DNA of 64,000 nucleotides from Callorhinchus milii (GCF_018977255.1 NW_024704742.1:129086001-129150000); one strand, 5' to 3'; counted from the first letter of the stretch, positions 22,758 to 34,990 are shown. The notes: a model not told the origin generated them from the letters alone. A program made the numbers and translations.

Positions 22758-23126
22758 ATAATAATCTTTGCATTTGATATAGTACCTTATCATGTCTTCG
22801 AGACGTCTCAAATTGCTTCACAGAATATACTCTAAAGTGAATTGACTGCATATATTATTGTGGGTGAAACGCGGCAGCCAATTGCGCACAGCAGTGTCCC
22901 ACAAACAGTCATGGATTGAGTGACCAAATAATAATAATTATTTTTTTGAAGGATTTATTAACCCCGGAAAAGCAATCTGTTAATTGACTAACAACCAGGT
23001 TCCTCCTTACTGCTAAATAGAAACATGTGGAGTAAAAAACTTGCCCAACGTTTCGCCCTGCCCGGGAATCAAACCCAAGTCTCTCACTGGCGAGGCGAGT
23101 GCTCTAACCACTGAGCTATAGGACTC
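22758..23126 (-). mobile_element. SINE family A, long subfamily, full length
   Basis: tRNA-like head, CORE-like segment, Deu-like 3' part, tail; aggat on both flanks. Confidence 0.9.
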
Positions 23127-24589
23127 TAGGATGGTAGCAATGCTCTCACACATTTCATGTTGAACTGTGCTACTCAAGTGGTTTGAAGAAATTTTGGTTG
23201 CCCTCTATTCACCTAGTGATGATTAAAATCTTGGCTTGATGGATGCCTAATGAGACACTATTATTTGTGAAGCTCTTTAAGACATTTTGACATTGCTGGT
23301 GGTACTTCAAGTGCAAGTATCATTTATTTCATTTTTAGGTCAGTTGCTTGCATGGTTCAAGCAGCCATTCAATGAGGATGAATAAGAAATCATACGACTG
23401 AACATAAAGCCTTGTCATTTAAGCCAAACATAGTTTAAATTAAAAAATGCACAGAGAAATGGCATCAAGTTCAATAACTTTATTGCCCTATTTAAGAGTT
23501 TACATTCTTTGACTTCTAAAGCTTTTCAATCTGACAAACGAATATGCGGCATTTGTTTCATCATCTGAAAGTCAAAGGTTAAAATGAAATGGTGCTGAAA
23601 TGTATATGTCTATATGCAATTCTGCGTAACTCTATTAATGCTTCAAGGAAAGTGATGCCATAGAAAGGCAGCTTCTAACAGTTAGACAGCAGTTGCGAGA
23701 AAGTTAGAAACATCAGCTCGCAATATGTCTAAACACACAGGAACTAAATATAGGCAAGATTATAGCTATCTCCAGGTTTAAGAAAACTGGTGTGGATTTA
23801 TGAGGTTATGATATGTTTCGCTCCATCAGCTGTCCACTAAAATGTTCACAGCATTCCTTTCATGCTTTGACCGGCAGTTTTATCACTTTTCTCTTGAAAT
23901 CACTTCTTTCTAAAAGTTTTGCTCTGGTGATTTCATTTTGAGGTCACAACCCTCATGAATCAAATCTGTCAAAACTGCTGTTAGCTGCAAATTTTTACTA
24001 ACAATACATTTTTAGTACTTTCTTCTTTGTGTTTTGGCTTCTTCTGGCAATCATGAACAATTCTCTAAAGTAACTGGGACTGAAATGATTGCTCATTAAA
24101 AGAGTCAGCAAGGACATGATGGGCCAAATAGTTTTATTCTTGTATAAGTTGATCTTTCAACACTTAGCTGTTGGTGGGACCTGTCAAGTGCAAAATTGGC
24201 TGCAAATTTTGCATACAGGTATAGAGCCATGACACTTGACAGCAATAAACTATGAAGCACTGTGAGAAGTCTTGACTTTGTAGACTCCATATCAAATGCA
24301 AGGATTATTATTATTATAATCTAAAGCACTCCTTGTTCAGATGTTTCACTTGCTCTTATTGTGGCCCCTTTACCAGCTGCTGCATGTTCAACAGCTTATA
24401 TTTCATTTAACATTTTTTCAAATGGTGCAGTCTCTGATCTATGTTCAATACCACTGATACATCTTTCTGCTTTATTCTGAATAAATATTACGTCTATCAT
24501 TTTTAGCTCTTAAATGTAAATGAGTTGGTATTTCAACGGACACGGTGCAAAATGAGGCTTTGCTCATGTTGTTTATTGTCTTTTCTTTC

Positions 24590-25145
24590 CACCAGACAGC
24601 CTGACTCATTTGGTAGCAATGTTTTTCTCCATAGTCAAAAAACATTGTGAATTAGACAAGCTCCCAATCCAGGCTAATCACTCCCCGGGCTGAATGGGGT
24701 TGCTGTATTGTTGGAGGTGCTGCCCTTTGGACGAGACGTAAACTGAGGTGCAGCTTGCTTGTTGAGATGGATGTTAAAAATAATAATCCATGCATTTGAC
24801 AATGCGCATTATCACGTTTTCAAACAGTCTCAAAACGCTTTACAGAATATACTGTCAAGTGACTTGACTGTGTATTTTGTGGCTGAAACGCGACAGCTAA
24901 TTGTGCACAGCAGTGTCCCACAAACAGTCATGGATCAAGTGATCAAATTATTACTTTTTTTTGAAGGAATTATTACCCCCGGAAAAGCAATTCGCCAATC
25001 AACTAACAATCGGGTTCCTACTTACTGCTAGATAAACAGGCGTATGGAGTAAGGAAACTTGCCCAATGTTTCGCCCAGCCGGGAATTGAACCCAGGTCTC
25101 TCGTTTGCGAGGTGAGGGCTCTAACCAATAAGCTATAGGACTCCA
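24590..25145. mobile_element. Family B SINE 5' half (+, 24590-24780) followed or interrupted by a full family A long SINE (-, 24779-25145)
   Basis: ggaggtgctgccctttggacgagacgtaaactgagg (Deu body), then (aat)n tail through head ataggactcc. Confidence 0.85.
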
Positions 25146-25939
25146 GATTTCAGAGCTTCTGGAGAGTGAGTTAGGGTATCCAGTGAAAAGAGTTTTGGAG
25201 AAATATCCTTTAGGTGACAAAGACATGGATAAAGGATTTGGCACCGGTGTAAGCTCAGCAGATATACCGTATTGTGAGAAAAACAAACATGTAACTGATT
25301 CCAAAGTTCTAAGTAAAAATGTGCTGAAGCTCCTTAACCTCAGGTGATGATTTTGGAAAGTTATCTGACAGAATTATTTAAATAATGGCAACAATTTATG
25401 GAGTTTATATGATTTACGGAAAATGACTCTTGAAAGTTTTGCTTCATATTAATGTTCAGTGGATTGGGTTTTTAACCTTTGCCTGATATTTCTGTGGAGT
25501 GGACGCCTGGCTGAGACGCAGCTGTTCCCCATCCAGAATAAACTCAGGTTGATCATTATTTTCTGAAACATTCAGCATCTGGACTGCAGACACTTCAAAG
25601 CTAAATTTCTCGAGGAAAACACTGCAGTTTTGCTGCATCATCTCATAGGGAGCTCAGATTGAGGAGGGTTAATGTTACGTTACTGAGTGTGTTTTGAGGC
25701 ACTTCACTACAGCAAGAAACTCTTTGAGTTACTTTTTGTAGTGTTCATTTGAGTTGGGGCTTTGCTAGAATGAGGTGATGTATTCCGAAGGTTCAAACAC
25801 AGACTGAAACAATAGGATGTGATTTCCAACTCAGATTGGTTAAAATAAAAAACATTATTATTATGCCTTTAAGAAAAATCTTGTATTTTTAGATTTCTCA
25901 AGGAAGTGGGTGTTTTGTCATTTTTCCTCCATTCTGCAT

Positions 25940-26370
25940 TCACGTAGACCAGGCTGACATTCCAGTGCAATGCTGGAGGAGTGCTGCAATGCCAGAGGTG
26001 CTGTTCTTGGACAAGATGTTAAACCAAGCCCCATTTGCCTTATCAGGTGAATGAGGTGGGGTCCTGTAGCATACTGGTTAGGACACTCACTTCGCAAGGA
26101 AGAGAACCCGGGTTTGATTCCCAGGCAGGGCGAAACCTTAAATAAAATAATAATATTAATAATAATTTGGTCACTCAATCCATGACTGTTTGTGGGATAC
26201 TGCTGTGTGCAATTGTCTGTTGCATTTCGACAGACAATTGACATTACAATATTTGAGACATCTCAACAATGGAATAATGTGTTATATCAAATGCAAGGAT
26301 TCTTCTTATTATATTAATGATGTTGAAGATCCCATGGCATTACTCAAACGTATAAAGCAGAGTGGAGCAA
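25940..26370 (+). mobile_element. Family B SINE interrupted by an internally deleted family A SINE (26053-26315)
   Basis: Deu body caggtgaatga resumes as tgttgaagatcccatggc; aatga on both sides of the insert. Confidence 0.8.
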
Positions 26371-26789
26371 CCTATTAGCAATCACTGCGAAGGCTCCCAC
26401 ATGAACAATAGCCATTGGGGCAAACAGAGCTTGTGGAACCTCAGCCGAGCAAGAGGCGGCAGACCAGGAGCAGAGAGGCAGGAGCCAGTAAGGAGAAAAT
26501 TTGGACACACTGAATTTAAAAAGAAGAAACATTGACTGTGCTAGAGAGAACACTTCTGCATTTTCGAAAACATGTTTGAATGTATTCCTGAGTTACAGTC
26601 GATGTTTTAGATGTTCGATCGCTGTACATTTCCAATTAAGAAACCTGTTCAAAAATACTGCAGCTTTGATCCTGTGATTTTTAATGATAGATAGCATTGT
26701 TACAGTCAATGACCTTCAATGCTGAAATTATCTTTGAACAGTGAATGTCATAGTATTCACAAATCCCCTGCATTTACCATCACAGTCAG

Positions 26790-27109
26790 GAACAGAGCAA
26801 CCCAGCACATCGATGGTGGAGGAGGTTGACTCTCTGACATGCAAAGGACGTCACGGGAACAGCAGGAGATAACTCCCTGAGTCATCATCTCTTAGTCTTG
26901 GAGAGTTACTCAGGGACACAAAACTTACATGGCTTCAAGGCAAGTATCGTATTGGGCACATCATAGAAAGTTGACATTTTATGAAAGTTTTTGCTTATTC
27001 CCAGCCATTCATAAAGTACAGCCATGTGGGGTCCTCCTGGGTGCTACCTATTCTTTAATGGTAAGCATGGCCAGAAGAAAGAATGTTGCAGCCCGGAGAT
27101 TCAGGACAA
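26790..27109 (+). mobile_element. Decayed RTE-clade LINE RT C-terminal region, left half (split by L2)
   Basis: VEEVDSLTCKG (cf. VDSFTYLG) and GVLLGATYSL (cf. LLYGAETWTL) in broken frames. Confidence 0.5.
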
Positions 27110-29337
27110 CAACAACAACAACAACAACAAGATTCCATTTATAGAGCGCCTTTCACGTCAGGAGGACGTCCCAAGGCGCTGCACAGTTGGGTCATGACCC
27201 GAGCAGGGGGGAAATGGTCAGGGTGAGGGGAGGGAAGGGAGGGAGAGAGGAGGGGGGAAATGGTCAGGGTGAGGGGAGGGAAGGGAGGGAGCGAGGAGGA
27301 GGAAGAGAGTCGAGAGGGGAGCTGAAGGCACGGTCAAAGAGAAAGGTTTTGAGACCGGCCTTGAAGGAGGAAAGGGAGGAAGCAAGGCGAAGGCACTGGG
27401 GGATGGAGTTCCAGAGCCTCGGGGCTGAGAGGCTGAAGGCCCGACCACCGATAGTAGGGCGGTTGGGGCCGGGGACGTGGAGCAGACCGGAGCCAGAGGA
27501 ACGGAGGGTACGGGCAGGTAGGTAGGGGGATAGTAGGTTGGAGAGGTAGGAGGGAGCAAGGCCGTGAATGGCCTTGTAGGTGAGGATGAGGATCTTGAAA
27601 TCAATCCTCTGGGGGATGGGGAGCCAGTGGAGGCGAGCGAGGGTGGGAGTGATGTGGTCCCGAAGCCTGGTGCGGGACAGTACACGAGCTGCAGAGTTCT
27701 GAATGACCTGCAGCTTGTGGAGGGAGGTGGCGGGAAGGCCGGCGAGGAGAGAGTTCCCATAGTCCAGCCTTGAGGTGACAAAGGCGTGAACCAGGGTTTC
27801 AGCAGCGTGAGGGGTGAGGTAGTGCCGTAGTCTGGCGATATTCCGGAGGTGATGGAAGGCGGTGCCAGTTGTGGTGCGGATGTGAGGGAGAAAGGACAGC
27901 TCAGGGTCGAACAAAACGCCGAGGTTCCTGACTGGCTTTGAGAGGTGGAGAGTGCAGCCTTGGATGCTGATGGTGTCAGCGCCTGAGGTGCGGAGGCGCT
28001 GACGTGAGCCAATCAGGAGGGCCTCGGTTTTTCGCACGTTGAGCTGAAGAAAGTTGTCTCTCGTCCAGGACTCGATGTCGGACAGGCAGGCTGTCAGGAC
28101 ATCGGTGGTCGTGGAGTTGAGAGTAGAGGAGGAAAGGTAGAGTTGGGTGTCATCCGCATACATGTGGAAGTTAACCCCATGTTTGCGGATGATGTCACCG
28201 AGGGGGAGCATATAGAGGGTGAAGAGGAGGGGACCGAGGACAGAGCCCTGAGGGACACCACATGAGACAGTACGGGGGGTGGAGGAGAAGCCATTCGTTG
28301 AGACGAAGTGAAGACGGTGGGAAAGGTAAGAGCTAAACCATTCAAGGACAGTGCCTTGAAGGTTGAGGTGGGAGGACAAGCGGTGGAGTAGGATAGCGTG
28401 GTCGACCGTATCGAATGCTGCCGATAGGTCGAGGAGGACGAGGAGACAGAGGGAGCCCTGGTCACAGATGGTCAGGATATCATTGGTGACCTTGACCAGG
28501 GCAGTTTCTGTGCTATGAGCAGCACGGAAACCTGACTGAAGGGGTTCAAAAAGAGAATGGGTGGAGAGGAAAGAGCGCAGTTGGGAGGCGACAACTCTTT
28601 CCAAGACCTTGGAGAGAAAGGGGAGGTTGGAGATGGGCCGGTAGCTTGATAGCTGCGACGCATCAAGGGAGGGTTTTTTCAGGGTGGGCGTGATGATGGC
28701 AGTTTTTAATGGAATGGGGACAGAGCCAGAGGAGAGGGACAGGTTTATGATGTCAGTGATGTGTGGGGCAAGAAAATGGAGCTGGGAGATAAGGAGTGGA
28801 GTGGGGATGGGGTCAAGGGAGCAGGTGGTTGGTTTTAGGGATAGGATGAGTTCAGTGACAGAGGGTGGGGAAACGGGTACGAAGGTGTGTAGGGGAGGAT
28901 GGGTAGGAGTCGGAGTGTGGGAGGGAAGGGGTGGGTGGTGGGTGGAAGTTGGAGGGGAAGTGACCGCGGAGCGGATTCCCTTGATCTTGGATTCAAGGAA
29001 ATCCAGCATCTCCTCGCAGTGAAGGTTGGAGGAGATGACCTGCGCGGGGTGGCGGGGGGGACGGAGGAGTCGGGATGTGGTGGAAAACAGTAGCCTGGGG
29101 TTGTTCTTCGCCTCCAGGATTATCCTGGAGTAGAAGGACGACTTGGCCGAGGCTAGAGTGGAGCGGTAAATTTTGAGGAGGTCCAGCCAGATTTGTCGGT
29201 GGACCGTTAAGCCGGATTTGACAAAGGTGCGCTCAGCAGCCCGCACCTGGCATTTCAGTGAGCGGAGGTGGGTGGTGTACCAGGGGGAGGAGCGGGAGTA
29301 GGAGACAGTGCGGGAAGTGATGGGGGCAAGAGTAGTA
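27110..29337 (-). mobile_element. Young 5'-truncated L2-clade LINE, ~2.2 kb
   Basis: Uninterrupted ORF2 remnant, 3' stem-loop, (TTG)n tail; gacaa at 27105-27109 and 29338-29342. Confidence 0.96.
27264..29337 (-). CDS. L2 ORF2 remnant with intact reverse transcriptase domain; endonuclease lost by 5' truncation (the 795-aa track ORF extends into flanking DNA to 29651)
   Basis: Motifs [59 protein letters not shown] (28149-28160), [14 protein letters not shown]; no stop over ~690 codons. Confidence 0.9.
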
Positions 29338-29690
29338 GACAAATCCTTCTCCATGTCAGATGGAGGCTGGCTGATGGGGGCACGGGTTGCTGAGGTTTGA
29401 CCCGAACCTGACGAGATTATCTGTTTTGTTGCACCTGGGACATGGAACAAGATACCGACGGACAGGCTCCCAAAATGTATGTTGCGAAGGAAAGTTACAG
29501 GCCCAACACAGGCAACAGGACCGGGTTGACCACTGGTCAAGAATCCTTGACTGCGTAGAATCAAAAGAGATAAAAACAAGTTGTCATCCTGTCCTGTAGA
29601 GGAAGAATTCTGAACATGCACATTATATTGCAGCTGGTGCTTTTTGTTCAATAATGCCTCTTACTCAGGCAATGGGTCATCTTCCGGACA
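29338..29690 (+). mobile_element. Decayed RTE-clade LINE RT C-terminal region, right half
   Basis: [43 protein letters not shown] resemble the RTE pattern RIL.I.W ... WLGHV.RM...RLPK.LL.G.L...R..GR....W. Confidence 0.6.
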
Positions 29691-30099
29691 TAACATTTCC
29701 TTAAAGTGCGAAATTCAAATGTCTTCTGAGTCATGTGAGATTGCTTCTGCTTTTGATTTTACTGCATTTCTGTATTTCTCCAAACTTTAAAACTGTTGCT
29801 TGTCTTGAAATGGCTAAACATTTCCATCCATCCCTGATATTCAGCTTATACGTCTTGCACAAACATATTGGATTTTTGGATTCTTTCCCTTTGCAATCAC
29901 AGGCCACCAGTGCTGTGTTATTCGCTTTTGCAGTTTAAACTTGCCTGCATTACATTCAATTACATTCAAACTGATTCCTTCCATACATCATGGATGGAAA
30001 TGAGAAAACTCAATTACATTACATCAATTCTGTTCCTTGCACAGGTCATGCACCATTGCCCTATTATGGATAGGTTCGACCCCATTTATCAATGGCAAG

Positions 30100-30366
30100 C
30101 TATGCTGTTTTAACTGGTTAGACTCCAACACACACTCTGGGGTCCCCAAACCTGGGTTCTTGCCAACCCTCATCTAATGCTTTCTGGAATTAGGTAAGCA
30201 AGATGCATCCCCCATGGGAGAGAGTAAGTGCACATTGTATTCCAACAATCAATCTCTGAAATTTCCATGTGTAGGTGGGATGCTTAGAATTTTCAGTTTG
30301 GTTTGGATACTCTTAAGCACGTGATGGGTTTTCACATGTGTCAGACACCTGGATGACAAAAAAAAG
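30100..30366 (+). repeat. Family C repeat, 3' part with A-run
   Basis: ctggaattaggtaagcaagatg...gtgtcagacacctggatgacaaaaaaaa. Confidence 0.8.
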
Positions 30367-30649
30367 ACAGATCTTTTGAGGGACAGTTCTCCATATGTTC
30401 TAAAGATTCTATAAACTGAGATATTCATCCATCTCCACTGTATGGGCAGCACTTGGCCTGCTTCACTCCATAGACAAGATTTCCTTCCTCTCTTAGCTTC
30501 AGCAGCAGAGAAACCATCACATCCAATGAATGATGTGGTCACCTCCAGCTGTACGTTGCTCCTGTCACACTGCACCCGGAATAGTATGTACAATGAGAAG
30601 CTAAAGCAGTGCATTTGCGATACTGTTGGCAATGCACTAGATACATAGA

Positions 30650-30967
30650 TACACAAACATAGAAACAGGAGTAGGCTATTACCCGCCTGTGCCCTTGTCC
30701 CTTAATACCTTGATCTAACAAATATTTATCTACCTCCATCTTGAAATTGTTAATGCACCAAGCATCCACAGTCTTTTGGGGAGGGAATTCCAGATTTCCA
30801 CTACCCTTTAGGTGAAAAATTGCCTCCTAATTTCACTCCTAAATGGCCAAGCTCTAAATTTAAGATTATGTCCACTTGTTCTGGATTCCCTTGCAGAAGA
30901 AATAGTTTTGCTGTACCTACCCTATCAAATATCTTCATTATTTTAAAACCTTCAATTATATCACCCC
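30650..30967 (-). mobile_element. CR1-clade LINE 3' end
   Basis: Minus strand GDIIEGFKIMKIFDRV...FKMEVDKYL...GIKG; catagaaacaggagtagg tail. Confidence 0.8.
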
Positions 30968-31350
30968 AGATGCACAGAAGAGCAACGAGAATAATCCCTA
31001 ATATTAGAGGGATGAACTACCAGAAACGAGAGCAGTTCCTAAGTCTTGAAAAGAAATGTCTCTGAGGGAACTTTATTGAATGTTTCTATAGGATTCTGAA
31101 TGGGATTGAGAACCTACACCCAGAACAGTTCTTTCAGATATATGAAGGATCAGAACAAGAGGACACAGGGATTCAGGGATGTGTATGGCAACAGACAGCA
31201 AGATGTATTCCTTCACAGAGAGGGTAATTAAAGGCTGTTATCGGGAGGCTGGTTTAGACTCATTTAAAAAACATCTTGATCCTGTAACGAGAAGATAATG
31301 GATGAGAATATAATGGAAGGAAAAAAATCCAACCTCTCTTGTGATCTTGT
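30968..31350 (+). mobile_element. CR1-clade LINE 3' end, different subfamily
   Basis: HRRATRIIPNIRGMNYQ...LEKKCL; agaacaagaggacac (RTRGH); actcatttaaaaaacatcttgat. Confidence 0.8.
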
Positions 31351-31780
31351 GATTCCATGCCTACAAACTTGAAACTCATTACAAACTAGATACAGAGTAA
31401 TCGCATTGTATTTCCTTTTGACAGAGATTCACCTTGCTTACAGGGCAGACTTACTGTGGATTCCAGTACTGGCTAACCAGGTTCTTATGCTAAAAAATAG
31501 CATCACTGGTCTCGCTATACAAGAATAGCACCTTCACAAGAAAGGTGCAATAAAATGTAATTTTGTATTGTATTGGATCTCACTTCCTGCATGCTGCCCA
31601 TACACACTATACAAAAACAACAACAACAACAACAAATTACACTTGTATAACACTTTTCACATTGGGAGGATGTCCCAAGGGTTTAGGCACAGCAAGTGCT
31701 GCTCGTATAACATTGTGAAGGAAATGATTAACAACAAAAATAACAACTTGTATTTCTATTGCAGCCTTTATGCGGGATTA

Positions 31781-32036
31781 TAATAATAAAAATAATGTTT
31801 GCATTTGATTTAGTGATTTTATAACGTCTTTGAGATGTCTCAAATCACTTCACAGAATATACCTCAAAGTGAATTGACTATACATGTTATGGGCAACTAA
31901 TCGCGCACAGCAGTGTCCCACAAATAATCATGGATTGAGTGACCAAATGTTTTTTTTAAGGGATTATTACCCTTGGAAAAGCAATCTGTCAAACAACCGG
32001 GTTTTTACTTGCTGCTAGGTAAACAGAGGCATGTGG
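31781..32036 (-). mobile_element. SINE family A long, headless
   Basis: Tail plus gctgctaggtaaacagaggcatgtgg. Confidence 0.8.
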
Positions 32037-32780
32037 GATAGGGTCTCAGAGCGCTTTAAGTGATTTCAGTGGTGCTTCTTGTGCCACTGCACAGGAAGTG
32101 GGGTCACCAGAAGCCAGACATTTTATCACACCTCAATTATAGAATGGTCGTTCAGACATTGAAACCAACCGACTAGGTTATAATGAGGTTTTCTCATATC
32201 ATTCAGTTCTCCCTTGAAAGAGTTAATGGACACAGCATCTGTTGCATCTGTTGCGTTCATGGAAGTCAATTCCAATCACTTGCCAGTAAGTAGTTAGCAT
32301 TAAACAGATCTCTGCATGTTTTACAGGACTTATCAAAGTGTAATTTGTTTCATGTAAGTTTGTACAAGAAAGCTGTTTATTCTAAAAATAAGAGCACTTT
32401 GAGTTATCAAACTTTGAAGGTACAAAGCTAATATGTTCATGTCCATTTCATCATTTCTGAAATAGAAAATTGACATATAACAGGTATCCGGCACAGTTCT
32501 GCTAATTTACAGCTTTCATTTCTCAGAATGTATCAACAGAATATCTGGATTATTTTATTTTCATTTAGAGCTCCTCCACTTGGCCAAAAATGCCATCCTG
32601 GGATGTCAGAATTAAGACTGGCTTATTTCTCATTCAATACAACTAGCGTTACAATCACAGAACAGTTCAAACAAGAATCATTCGTAAAATAAATCATTTT
32701 CAAAGTATTTTTGGAGTAATAGCAAATCTGACTCAGAGAAATCAAGCCTTGTTTTTTTTTATTGTGCGTTTTATTATTTA

Positions 32781-33084
32781 GGTGAATCCTATAGCTCAGT
32801 GGTTAGAGCACTCGCCTCGCAAACGAGAACTGGGTTCAATTCCCGGCAAGGCAAAACCTTGGGCAAGTTTCCTTACTCCACACGTCTAATAATAATCCCT
32901 CAAGAAAAAAATAATAATAATTTGGTCACTATCCACGACTGTTTGTGGGACACTGCTGTACGCAATTGGCCGCCACGTTTCGCCAACAAATATACAGTCA
33001 ATTCACTTTACAGTATATTTTATGAAGCGCTTCGAGACGTCTCGAAGACGTGAAAAAGTGCTATATCAAATGCAAGGATTATTA
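32781..33084 (+). mobile_element. SINE family A, short subfamily, full length
   Basis: tagctcagtggttagagcactcgcctcgcaaacgag head; ccacacgtc joined directly to taataataatccctcaag. Confidence 0.9.
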
Positions 33085-33984
33085 TAGGGATTATTATTTA
33101 AACGGCAATCGGATATTGTTGCCAAATGACCAATGCTTAAAGACCATTTTGCCAAAATTGAGCTCTGATTATTTTTAGCTGTCCTTGTGGACAAGTTTAC
33201 TTAAAGTCACATTGCCATCAGAAATAAGGAAACATGCCACATATGGAGGAACCAAGGTATCCTTTCTATCCCAGTGTAAGGAGACCTCTAAGTTGAGACT
33301 GATACACAATCTCTTCTTCATTTAAAACAAATTCAACTTTGTTTTCACAATTTCAGATGAATACTTTCACTGATTCCCATCCAAACCTTTAAACCATAAA
33401 TCTGTCTCATAGAGAGATTTAATCTTGGAATATTTAATAATAAATAATCTTTTATCTTTTTTTTAATAGAGCACCTTTCACACTGGTAAACTTACAGGAT
33501 TTTACTGAATCAGTAGGTAACTCAAGCATTGTATTTTCACAGAAAATGTATCGACCTTCTGTCACCTTTTTCAAACACTCTTCACGTAGAAAAGTGCCCC
33601 TACCAACACCAATTAAAAAGAAGATAATAGTAATTTGGTCAATGATCCACAACTGTTTGTGGGACCCTGCTGTTGCAATTGCCTGCCATGTTTCGCCACA
33701 TAACACACAGTCAATTCGCTTTACGGTAAATTCTGTGAAGCGCTTTTAGATGAGTCAAAGACGTGATAAGGCATTATATCAAATATAAGGTTTATTATAG
33801 AAAAGTGCCCCTACCAATTCACGTTAATGCAAAACACACAGGAGATGGTGCCTCCACTTCAACACACACACACACTAAGTATAAATTACCACAACTTACT
33901 GGAGCAATGAGTAAACCAAATCTACACCAAAATCCCCAGAAGGTCAAACCAGCTATTCAATCAGCATCATCTTTGCTGAAAATA

Positions 33985-34400
33985 ACAAAAACAACAATAA
34001 TAAATTGCATTTGTATGGCGCCTTTCACATTGGGAGGACAACCCGAGGAGCTGGACAGTCAATGGTTAGCACCCGAGCTGGTGGTTGTAATCAAGAAGGG
34101 CAGAGGGGAAGGGGGTGTAGGTGTGGGAAGATGACCGAAAGCACGGTCAAAGAGAAAGTACTTGAGACAGGCTTAGAAGAAGGCAAGGGAGGGGGTGAGG
34201 AGAAGGGATTCTGGGATGGAGCTCTCGAGGATGGGGCAGAAAGGCTGAAGGCGTGACTGTTGATGGTGGGGAGGACAGGGCAGGGGATATGGAGCAGACA
34301 AGAATCTCCTGAGTGAAGGGAGCAGGAATGTTGGTAAGTTGTTGGTAGGTCGCAGAGTTCGGGAGGGTTTTGAAAGCCGGGATGAGGATCTGAACTGGAT
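33985..34400 (-). mobile_element. Old L2 3' fragment
   Basis: ggcgcctttcacattgggaggac hairpin; ggtcaaagagaaagtacttgagacagg; gatgaggatctgaac. Confidence 0.8.
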
Positions 34401-34814
34401 GAATCAACAATACAGGGATAATGGCCTCAGCTTGCCTACTGCACTGGGAATTGAAGAGTGCAAGGCTGATTGAGAGTCTCAGCTTGTGGTTTTGTCCTTC
34501 AATCAACCTTTCTATCCTTATTACTCATGCCCAGTGTTTCTCAAATATATTTCTTCTCAGTTCCCACAGAGTAATTGGATTGACTAAACAATGTGCCCTA
34601 TTTTGTACTTGTTTCTGCCTGCAGGAGGGTTTCACCCCTTTAGTGTGGAAGTGCGCAGCTACAGAAAGTGCTTGACCTTTTATTGCGTAGGCTACATTGT
34701 TACGCACTCATTATTAAGATAAGTGGCACTGTAGAAGTGGAGCTAAGTTTTAGTAGTGAGGAATGATTTGACTTGTACAGACATTCAGGACTGAAAAGTA
34801 GATAATTATAATAA

Positions 34815-34990
34815 TCATAGGAACATAGAATCTTACAGCACAGTAAAAAAAAGACCATACGGATCATCGTGTCTGTGCCAGTTCTTTGAAAGAGACATCC
34901 ATCTAGTCTCACTCTCCCGCTCTTAACCCAAATTTTACAATTTTTTTCCTTTCAAGTACAAATCCAAATCCCTTTTGAAAGCTACTGAAT
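34815..34990 (-). mobile_element. CR1-type 3' tail fragment
   Basis: catagaatcttacagcacag...catcgtgtctgtgccagttctttgaaagag; similar to 53140 and 54715. Confidence 0.65.

Noticed and set aside
25147..25641. Protein-like open frames (+ 25147-25347; - 25456-25641, ...NNDQPEFILDGEQLRLSQ...)
   Set aside because: Weak donors (cag|gtgatg, aag|gttaaa), no recognised domain, and the left part may continue a degraded SINE.
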